DNA of 61,582 nucleotides, taken from NCBI GenBank assembly GCA_001938485.1, contig MQRK01238663.1, forward strand, positions 8,001-69,582. The letters are read 5' to 3'. The notes beneath the pieces are model-generated. The model was not told the origin of the DNA, did no database searches, and saw nothing but the letters and a program-made list of their open reading frames with translations. Position 1 is the stretch's first letter. Every line of letters begins with the position of its first letter. Position numbers and translations under genes: made by a program. Positions 12,401-24,400 of this stretch are shown piece after piece. The DNA is from Girardia tigrina (Eukaryota).

Positions 12401-15400
12401 GATAATTAGTATATTTATAGGAGTTCCCGTTCAAATGAATAAGTTTTGCAACCGAATGACTAATTGTTGCAACCAATGAATAAGTTTTGTAATTTTAAAT
12501 CAATAAAAATACTCATAACACATGGAACTTAAAAATTATTATTGTATTTTATTTATTTTTATCTTAATAATTATTTAATGAAATCTCCGAATTAAATTTA
12601 TAATTTCCGTATAGTTATTTATTGATCGCAGATTGATTTACAGATTGTTCATTTCGTAAAAGGGTAGAGAATATAGAAAATATAAAAAAGAAATTAGAAA
12701 ATGCTAACTAGTTTAACGAATAATGACACTTACCGGAAAACATACAATAAAAAATAACGGTTTCATTCACTATTTCAAATAGTGAAATTATTTGGATTGT
12801 ACATTAATTTTGGATTTGATATACGATAACTTTTTTTAAATCACTGATATTAAAATTAATTGAAATACGAATTTACATGTTTTTTTACATTAAAAAAGAA
12901 GATTATTACGAAATTTACATGTCAGATATACGTGATATCAAGAAGATTCACGGTATTACTGTGAAATTTCTTTATACCAACCCGGGTGTCGTACTGAGTG
13001 TGTACCAACATGTGGGGTGTATTTACACCAGTGAATTTTTTATTCCGAATAATAGGGACATACTTACGAAAACCCTTCATAATTGTATTTCGAACTCATA
13101 CCTGGTTCAGTGGAATGCGCAGAATAATGTTGCATATTCCACCTCACCACTGTATGCTGTTCGACTTACAAATGCTGAATGGGAATTTATTCATAAGGCC
13201 AGATCATACACGATCCCTGTAAGGTATCGTCCCTGGATGGAATATCACGTACCCTGCAGCAGAGGTTGTCCTGAAGATGAAACTCTTGCGCATGTACTTG
13301 TGAGTTACAATTCTATGATTATTTTCTGGAATGCAAGACACAATGCTGTGCTTGATATTGTCGCAGCCGAACTCAGGATGCACTCTGGGGCGGTTCTTCA
13401 CGTGAATGAGACATGCCGATACTACCCCTCAACGGCGTTGATCTACAGGTTTATTTTGAAGATAGGAATATTTTATTGTTTATTGATGTCAAGTGCCCTT
13501 ACGATATCATGCGCAATCTTGAGATTGCTGACATCAGGAATGTTGAAAAGTATTTTTATCTTCTTCAGGAGATTACTGCGAGGTGCGGGTTTACAGTTAT
13601 CTTAGATACTTTCATTGTTGGTGCACTTGGTGCATGGATGCCCAACAATGAAACTATCCTTAATGATTTACGTTTAGGGCACAGGATTAAATCTATTACG
13701 AAAGCCTACGTGGAGTCCAATATCCGATGGAGCGCGAGACAATGGACGGCATTCGAGGACCCGCGGGAGAGACGAAACGTGCACACCTTTGCAGACGAGA
13801 TCCACGACCCGACAGCCACGATGGAGACGCTACAAGAGGGGCCAATCTTTGATGATTGTGACTCTGACTCGGTCTTTGGGGCTGATCATGGTTTGTGGTG
13901 ATGTCCTGTTGATGATGCTGAGGATTCATGTTGACAGAGAGATTGTGTTGTATGATGTGTTATTAGGTTTTGACCCCACATCGGTGCGTTTACTGATAGT
14001 GGCAACTGTCCGTTATGACAGAGGTACTTAATTGAGGATCACTGACCCCACTCTTATGTGTTCACAGAGATGGTACCGTTATATGGCGGAGGTAGGGACC
14101 CCTTTTTTGTATGTGATGGATCTCTCGTGTCATAACTCAGTATTCGTTGGCTTGATAATTGCTGCAGCGCCTGATCGGTCATGAATTCTGAGATTGACGA
14201 ACAATCGCAATAATGGGCCTCTCTAAAGGTACTGCCATGAAACCCGATGAACCAGTGCTCCCCGCTCAATTCCCCAATCAGACGTACCGGAAAGCACTAA
14301 AACTAATTGTGGAAAAACCCTGTTTATATTAATAAATTTTGTCCATAAATTACTATAAAAAGCAGATTTAAAAATGCAATTGATTGCAGCACATATTCAT
14401 TTGGTTGCAAAACTTATTCATTTGAACGGGAACCCATATATTTTCTAAATTAGTTACAAACAGACTAAAAAATTAATTTACCAAGTGATCATTCAGGCGG
14501 CCAGAAAACCACAATGTCGCTGAGAATAGAAAACAATACTTTGTGTTATTAAAAAATAGAGATCACTCCAGAAATTCATGAAGAAAACAGAGATTAAAGA
14601 AAGAAGACAAAAACAAACAAATTTAAGGATTCGATCTATTTAAAATTACTTATTCTACAGCCCCGAAAGTCACTTGTACGTGTGAATAGTAACAGTCATG
14701 TGTTTTGATGTTCCTCCAATCATACGAGGAGCGTTCCGAAAGTAAGTGGAAAAAAGGGAGACGACACCACAAGAAAGCATTTATTGAAGGAATACAATGT
14801 CATTCATCATCCTCATCACTGTCAAGGCAGGTAAGGCAGCGATTTGCATTGATGGTCTCCGACACTTTTTCCACATTTTCTACCGTGCTCGTCGTTGCGG
14901 ACGTCCACTCCTGTCCGCGTCGTCCAAGGATTCACGTCCATTTTCGAATTGATGCACCCAATTGTAGACGGCAGACTTTTGCAGGGCTCTTCCTTGAAAC
15001 ACATTTGATAAGCGGCGCACAATGTCAGACACTGGAGTATCCTCTTTCCAAAGGAAAAAGATGATGGCACGCTGAGAACGTACTGCGTCTTCCATGTGTT
15101 AAACAAAAATGAAAACACTTCCTATGACAGTTTCTTCTATGCTGTTCACATGTTGCATGAACTAATGCCACTTTTACTCGATTTCTATTGGCTGGTAAGT
15201 ACATCACGCCACCACGCCATCTGTCCCTCTGTAAGATGCACACACACGCGCACACCCGCATATAAGTATTTCCACTTACTTTCGGAACGCCCCTCGTAGA
15301 ATCAGTTGTATTTAAGTTGTATTTAATCAGTTGTAACATTCTTTATTAAGAAGGAAGGACTATTATTGAAAGTAAACTCTAAATAAAATGTTGCATATTT

Positions 15401-18400
15401 TTTATTGTAATGCTTCTTTGTGAGGTCAGTTTAACTATATCCTGTCAAAGATTGAAAAGGATACAATAAACATTGTTTGAAAAGTTTATTTATTAATTTA
15501 AAGATTGTTAATTCTATTTGGTACTTGCGATAAAACGATTATTTTTTAGCAATAAATCTAAAATTCTTGAGAGAAGATCTAGATATCTAAAAGATCATTT
15601 CCAGTTCAATATTTATGAAAACGTCTGTAGATCTTTGTTTGCCCGCGATAAATTGTTGTTTTCCTTCAAGCTCTGTGCGGATCTTATGATGTGAGTATTT
15701 GGGTAGCACATTTATGTCGCCGTCACGGATATATTGTTTGATTTTTATTATTATAGTATAGATTTATGCAATTAGTTAGCGCTCAATATCAATTTATTTT
15801 TTATATTTCCCGGAGGATTTATGTGATAAGACTGATTTTGTACCGAATATTTGTTATTTGATTTATCACATCTAGATTTTAGTGATTATTGTTTTATAAT
15901 TCATTTATAGCAACAAATCGAAAATCTTAGAAAAACGGTTACGATACCTCAGCGATCATTTTACTTACAGTCTTTACTCAAACGTGTGTCGGTCACTGTT
16001 TGAAAAAGACAAACTTTTGTTCTCGTTTGTCTTGTGCAGTAAAATCTTATCGTTAGTCGCTTTTGTTGATGCGAAGCTTTTTCTCTAATTTCTTTTTATC
16101 GTTTGTTTTGGTTTTGATTGTTTTTACATGCTTTAACTTGCTGTGTTTAACAACCGTTTGGTGTTGATTTAACTTATTTATTTTCAGGAAAGCAGGTAAT
16201 GTTTTCTTATTAACAAAAATGAGAGATAAATATTTTAAATTATTTTTTGTGTTAAATTATTAATATACTTGAACCTAAATTACTTTTTACTTCTACGGAT
16301 TCAAAGAATAGATAAAAAAATTAAGGAAATAATGTGAACTATAATGCTCTTTATTTCTAAAGTTTTATCCATTTTGAAACTTATCTGTCCAAAGACGATA
16401 TTAAGAACACTAATATGATTTTCAATACTTGTATTTAAATCACAACTAGTTAGACTTCGTTCTTGGTTGATAAATTGTAATTTTAGTTTCTAAATATCTA
16501 GTTATTCCAACAAATTTAAATCACAATTCTTTAAAAATTATTTTCAAAAATATTTTAATTCATTTAAAATATTTATCGATGGTTACCGGATTTATCGGAC
16601 TATAAACCGCGGCTTATATGAAAAAAAGTATGAAAATTAAAAAAAATGGTTAGACTTATACGCGTGTGCGACTTATATAAAAATAAAAACATCAAAATAT
16701 AAAAACAAAACCAATAATTTAATTTTAAGATTATTCGATTTCCTCGAATCCATCAAAATCTTCATCATCTATTATTTCAAATGTTTCGAAAATGTCCAAA
16801 AATTCCGTTTGGATTTCTTGTAAATCTTTATCCTCACTTCCAGTTTCAATTTCTGAATCATCACCACCTTCGATATTTTCATCATAAGTTTGAATCCCTG
16901 CTTTCTTAAATACATTTTTAATACACTGTGGTGTAACATCTTCCCAGCTTTTATCAATCCAATCGCATATTTTTGAATATGTCGCTCTTTTGATTTTCAC
17001 CGTTTTGTTGTAAATGTGACAACCATTGATAATCCAATTTTCCCAATGTATCTTTGGCTTAGATTTGAACGATTTGTTAACTGATAGATCAAGTGGTTGA
17101 AGGCTTTTAGTGAGGCGACCAGGGATCACTGCAAGTTCAGAATATTTTTTGACTTCATTTTTAACTTCCTCAGTAAGATGACATCTAGCAGAATTGTATA
17201 TTAAAAGTGATATTAGCTTAAAAAGGAATCATTTCTTTTTATCCAAATTTTTTGTATCGATTTTTTTCATTATTTCACTATTTGACCATCCATTTTTATT
17301 GCCTTCAACAATAATTCCTTTTGGAAAATTTTCTTTGGGCATTGTTAGTCTTTTAAATATCACCATTGGTTTAAATTTTATTCTATCGGCAGTTACAGTT
17401 TATGTAACTGTAAAATTATATTTTTCATTTCTGGTTGTTTTGATCAGAATTTCTTTTTTTCCTTTTTCATCAACTGTCCTTGTATCCGGAATATCGAAAC
17501 TAACAGAAACTTCATCCATATTCCCAAGATGCTTCAAATTGATATCTCTCTTTTATCTTTAATAAAAAGTAAAAATGATTCTTTTTTTCTTCTCAATCGG
17601 CTGGCAACGATTGTCCGACTGAAGTTACTGCTATCATGCTTAAATTATTTCTTTTCATAAATCTTGTGCACCAACCATTCGTTCTTTTAAAATTTTCTAT
17701 ATTAAAATCATATTTTGCCATTTTTTTCGCTGTTAATCTAATATCAATTGTAGAAACTTAAAACCCTTTCTCCCTTTCTCAAATTATTTTTTTCTCAATT
17801 TAACTTTTCTCAATTTTAAATTCAAATTATTTTAATAAAACAAAAATAATTAAAGTCAAAATTAAAATAATATTAATTTAAATTTAATGATTTCTTCATT
17901 TGCATAATTTAAAATAAGTTTTTGATTCAAGTTTTCAAGTCACCAAAATATGCGACTTATACGCTAGTGCGACTTATACGCTGTTGAATTTAATTTTCAA
18001 AATTTAAAAAAAATTGGGATGCGACTTATATGCGAGTGCGACTTATAGTCCGATAAATACGGTAAATAAATCTTTGCGTTACAATTCACTATTTAAATAT
18101 GTTAAGTCACAAAAAATATCGATTTTAAATATTTTGATTAAAATATTACTACATAATTATTGATTAAAGTATTTTAATTTGAAGTTGTTATTTACATTCA
18201 AAATCGTCCAACGGTTCAAAATAATCAAAATATTAATCTTCCATCTGAGTAGGAGAAACACAATCCTACAAACAACATACCACGCACAACATACAATAAA
18301 CAATATTCAGAAATATTCCTCACTGACAATATAATTTTTTTCTGAAAAACATTTTAGTTTCATAGTATTGGTAATGTGGAAAAAGTTCAAATCCAAAATG

Positions 18401-21400
18401 TATTTTATTTTAATCTTTTGAATCGCAAGACATGTTCTAGAACAGCAGAAAATACCTTTGTTTTTGGCATATTCTAGTGCAAGGAACTCCAATCCTGGAA
18501 CATAATTTGAATCCCGATATTAAAAATACATTTTCATTATTCTAAATCAAGAGGATTGTCATTTAATTAAAAATACTTTCCACTTTTTGAAATGGTGATA
18601 GTGATGTGGATCTTACTTTATTAAATATCACTTGATAATAGAGTAATTTTGCCTGCTTTAAGAACTAAATCCTCGTTAATCGACAAATATTCGACATGAT
18701 CTGTAAATAACTACATCTAATACAAATTATAGTCCGTCCCTAAAGGTTTGTTCAATGCAATTAGGCCATTCCTAAAGATTTAGAAATAAGATAATACCAT
18801 TTCTAAAACCGATGAATCAATTGATTTTATGAAAGATATGAGCATGTAAATGATAATTTTTCCAGAGTGTTATCATGTAACTTAGAACGTACATTAATCC
18901 ATTAGTATTCATGGGAAAATAAAAGTCTTTCCGATTCCATGAGTTTAAATGGGTTACTCTATCGCGAGCACAGCAACGGTCGACCGATCACTAAATGAGA
19001 ATGATTACGAATTGACATTCTTTTCAAAGTTTGTATTCAATGCACTATTTTCTAGTGTACATGCAGACCTTCTGTTGATACACCGACGCATTTCAAGATG
19101 CTTTGGCACGGATAACTTTGTGTATTTGGCCAGTTTCGTTTTCTATAGTAGTACTAGATTCCTTCTTTATTAAAAGGAGTAAATTTCTTGGTCATCATAA
19201 TCAAGAAATAAAACATTTTTCATAAAATTTGTGCGGTATTTTTCATTCACAAACCAGTAATCCTGGGATTTCGGGAGATATATTTATAGTTCCGGAGAAT
19301 GGGATCTTGGGATTGGAGGCTCTAACTAGAACATCTTGATCTGCTTTTATATTGCTCACCACATTACGTGAATTATTTATATTAAACAACATTTTTAATT
19401 TGGTTTTATTTAATGAAATCAATTTATAAAAACGATTTTTCATCCCGATAATGAACGAAAGCAGTGACTCCAAACCTGTATTCTATACAATGTAAGTGTT
19501 CCGTTAGATAAACTACGGATACAATTGATGAAAATCACTAACATGAGCGGCAAAACTCAATGAATTCCTTCTTTTACCAGAATGTTAAATAACTTTATTT
19601 AATTCGAGAAAATTTATTGACATAACCCAAATATTAAGTTTTCCTTTAGCTTTTCCTGAACTATCATGTACATGAAATGTGCTTATGAGTTCCATAATCT
19701 GAGAGGATTTTAGGATGTTCCGTGTGAAGTATAAAATTTGGATGGGAACTACTAAGTACAAAGAAGAACATTTTAACAATATTTATTTTTAAATGCAGGA
19801 ATAAATTTTAAAGATTATATGTAATATACTTGTTCAATTGATAATATTTGATAATAAATATAATAAATAATAATAAATACACAATTAAATCATTTTGTCA
19901 CCAATTTCAAAGATATTAAAAGAGACCGTAAAGCATAACTTAAGCTTCAATTGAAAGCAAGTTCAAACTACTTCAGAACTACTTAGGAGAATGACGAGCA
20001 AAGGTTCGGTAGACTCTCCTATAACGACCTCAACAATGATGAATTTTTAATTAATTGACCGATTTATACCAGAATCTACTCTAAATGTTTACAATAAATC
20101 TTCTTTTTACTTCGAAAATCGTTCTAATATTTCTGTCATTATGGATATAAAATTGCGTTAAAGCAACGTCAGTAAAATACGGATTATAATTGCGGTAAAT
20201 TCCAATACTTTTTCGATCTTTAAAAGTTTAATATTCTTTCTTTAATCAGATCTTAACTGAAAAAATGTTTGAAAATAATTGATGAATGTTATTACTTAAT
20301 TTAATTTTTAAAATAGATTTTTCGGATTTCTCATTTTTGTATCTAATATTAATATCAAAGGCATTGAACGGATTTATTTTTACAAAAATTTGAAATTTGA
20401 TGGTCTACTCTCAGTTACCCTCGTGAGAAGTGGTTGCAACATCAATATCTGAATTCATTTTTTAACACCAAAATTTATTACTATAACAACAATTCAAATA
20501 TTTAAAAAAATTTTATGTTAATTTAATTATCTCGCCACAAATTAATCTATTAAATTCTTTTCGATTCAATTTTTAAAATCTTGCAAATTTATTAAATAAT
20601 TTTCACATTAAAACTAAAAATTTATTTTAAAATTTATTTAAAATTGTATCATAACTTCTATTAAAATATATAAATTATTATGACAGTAAAAATATTTTTA
20701 TTTATAAATAAATATTTAATATTTAATGGTTTTCTTATCATTTTTAATTTTAAGATATTTAATAGATATATTAAAAAGATATTTTTTTTTATTTTAAATA
20801 GATATTTAATTTTTTTATGATTTTCTTTTATTATATCATTTTTATTTTTTAAAATATTTAAAAAACACATTAAAAACATATTTTATTTTTAAATACGTAT
20901 TTGATTTTTTTAATAGTTGTTTTATTATATTATTTTTAATTTTAAAATATTTAATAAGCATATTAACATTAAAATATTTTACCTTTTAAATTAAAAAAAT
21001 AATAAATTATTCTGGCGAGATGCAAATTTAAATTAACCCATCATAACCATGTTAACCAAGATGGTGCCCATCAGCTATGTCTACACATCTTCTAATCTCG
21101 ATCAAATAATTCCTTTTGGAATGTCTATATGATTCCCTAAAGATTTCGAGTCCAGAAATAGAATTTGGCGTTTATCTGAGAGTTCAATGCATTTTAGTCG
21201 AAACATAATACAATTTTCGTCTTACTAATATCTTCCAAAGGCTTTTAACATTTTTTAATTTACTATGACAACATATCCGAATAAATAGGCCATATTATTT
21301 CTCCTTTGGATCATTTAAAATTATTATTTGATATTGATTACCTTTCACGAATTTCCTGAACCAATTTGAAACTGTCTGTAGCGTATTAATGTTTCATATA

Positions 21401-24400
21401 GTTTCTGATGCTCAGGTTCATGATACGCATCTTTTAGTTTAATCTACCAACAAGGAAAATAAAACGAAAACAGTTTTTTATAAGATTTTCATAATTTTCA
21501 TTTTTCTTGTCCTTTTCATTAACAAAGTAAATAAATCTGTTCAATAGTTTTGAAAAAAAATAATATAGCATTAATTTTAATTTCATTCTTTTGAAGCAGC
21601 CTTTTAATATTGCAACTATGTTTAGATCAAAAGGAGAATTAGAAACCAATGAATATCTGTTTTTGTTAACCGGAGGTGTCGGTTTAGAAAACAAATTGGC
21701 GAATCCAGCTCCATCATGGTTGTCGGATAAGTCATGGGATGAGATTTGTCGCTTGAGTGATTTGAAAGAATTCAAGAATTTCAAGGAACATTTTAGTGGC
21801 CATTTAGAAGATTGGAGAGCATTTTACGATAGTAAAGATCCTCACGATGCCAAACTACCAGAACCCTGGGGTTCTAAATTAGATACATTTAAACATTTAT
21901 TGGTTCTGCGTTGTATAAGACCCGACAAAGTTATTTTTAAAACATTTTTTCAACTTGTAATTTATTATTTATTGTAACAGATCGTGCCTGCTATAACAAA
22001 TTATGTTAAAGAAAAACTCGGCAAAAAGTTCATTGAACCACCACCATTTGATTTGGGCAGAAGTTTCCAAGATTCTCAGTGCTGTGCCCCTCTAATTTTC
22101 GTGTTATCACCAGGAGCTGATCCAACTATGGCATTGTTAAAATTTGCCGAAGACAAAGGTTTCGGTGGTAGTAAATTCAATTCCATTTCTCTTGGTCAGG
22201 GTCAAGGACCGATTGCATCACAAATGATTATGGAAGCGAAACGAGAAGGTACTTGGGTAATGTTACAAAATTGCCATCTAGCCGTCAGTTGGATGACAGC
22301 GATGGAAAAGATTTGTGAGGAAATGACACCAGAAAATACAAATACCGATTTTAGGTTGTGGCTAACCAGTTATCCATCTCCAAAAGTTCGATTATTTAAA
22401 TTTTAATATTCATACCTTTCTTTTAATGTCACATTCTATAAATTCTTCATAATTGTACTTTTATAAAAATTATTTTGCTTGACCTGAAATTATTGAGATC
22501 GATTAAATTTAGAATAAAAGAAGGATTGTGCGTCTGTAGAAATACCAACCATCGACAACATAATATTCTTCGTTGTCAATGACCAACTGGCAATGATCCA
22601 CGAGCTTCTGTAGTTCATAACTCTAGGTTGTTTATTTGGTGTAGCATCTGTAGCTCGAAGTTTTCCATTTTTTCATCTTTGAAAACTTCTTTGTCCAAAA
22701 CTCTACTTATTTACGAAAATAACTACAGATTAGACGTTTAAATCTTTAGCATTAGTGATAGCATGGATGGACAGATTCCACCACGTATTTCTATTAGGTT
22801 ATCCTACATTTGACTTGCATTTTCTTCAAGGCTAATTTTCACGTACAAGTTCACGCACGTCTTGCCTATTGTGTTAATAAAAATTTACAATGACGTATTG
22901 GGCTGCAAAAAAAGTTAATCTTTTCAGAAACATTAAAAAAATATAACTAGAATATCTTTAATAGAAGGGAAAATTTATATTACATTTTTTAATATTGTTA
23001 CTACAGTAGATACCGCTTAAAGAGAATATTTTTGGGACTTGAAAAAATGTTCTCTATAACCCATATTTCTCTTTAACAGATACTTTTTTATAAGGATAAT
23101 TTTTAAAAAAATATCAAAAAAAACTTTACTAATCAACACATTTATTTTTTAAAAAAAAAGTTCCAAAAGTTAAAAAAAAACCAAAAAGTTCTCTTTATCC
23201 GATTTTATTCTCTTTAAGCAAGTTCTCTATAAGCGAAATCTACTGTATTTATTAATACGTTTTTATCTTTACTTGTTTGCGTAATATAAACTACTTATAA
23301 TTTATAAGTAGATCTTCCTCAATTAATTTTGTTTTAGAACTCCGATGGGACCGTCTTTTCCCATTCAGAGACCTTAAAAAGTTTTTTTGGTCAAATTTTC
23401 ACTTTATCATTTATTGTCATCGAAAATGAGTAGTTTGGATATAATTGATTGAGTAAAAGACCTTCAAAATTTTTTTCGCATGTATATAGAAAGCAAGCTA
23501 CTAAAAAGAATGAAAAAATGGTCTTATTTATTTCCGGTTACCTCTATCAAAACGATGTTTCGCAAATTTCAACGCATTTGGTTCATAAATATCACTGACA
23601 ACATTTTGTTCATAAAAATGACAATAAATATTAATAAACTAAATCGCAAATAGAATAAAAATGTCAACTTAAAGTAAGATAAAATTTATAAGCATAAATC
23701 AGATTATATAAAATAGAAAATTCTGGAAATAATTAATTTTTATATTTTACAAAGGAATTATTTTTTATTAAAACTATATGAAAGATGTTTTTAAATTTTT
23801 GTTTTTAAACTCGCAAAATATTTTTTTGTGTTAACGCTAATACGCTAACGAGAGTTATTTACACAAGAAGGATTTCGACAATTTAAGGAATAAATATGGA
23901 TAATATTTGTGGTATGGTAATCTGAGAGTCAAGGATTCACTATATGGGATGTTTTGGTGATCAAATTCCTCCAAAGAACAAAATAGACATAATACTCTCT
24001 TCAAATGGAATTGACTGTCCTAAACATTTATTTGCTTCATTTATTGCGACTTATGGTCACTGAATACGTATTTATGATTGGATCAGTCAGTTCAACGAGT
24101 TACCAATTAGTGGTTGATGATGAGAAATGTGTTCGGTTCAGTGAGATTTGAGACCAGGAAAAAGAAGAGTTCCAAAGTTGTGGTGGAAGTATTGCCAGGC
24201 AGATATCGCCATTTTGGAGAAATATGGAGACTGTTATTATCACATAAATGTGATTTACAAACGAGGGAAATGTCTGAGTGAATTTTTTCCTGTGAAAACA
24301 ATACCGTCAAGATGTGGTCTGATATCTAGCATCACCAGTCACAGTGTGGCCATCTCTACCGTTTTTTTTTGAAAAATATAATTCAATCAAGTCTTTCAAC

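Noticed and set aside
14150-14300. Possible ribozyme in the 3' UTR of the NeSL-like element
   Set aside because: No complete CUGANGA...GAAA core or HDV-like pairing could be assembled
7837-15549. A third copy of the duplicated exon
   Set aside because: By-eye search for NKSKIL and RSLF..DK-like coding found none here or in 16200-21600; a tBLASTn would be definitive
18949-19173. NALFSSV resembling a Polinton capsid motif
   Set aside because: Match too short, and no other Polinton genes nearby
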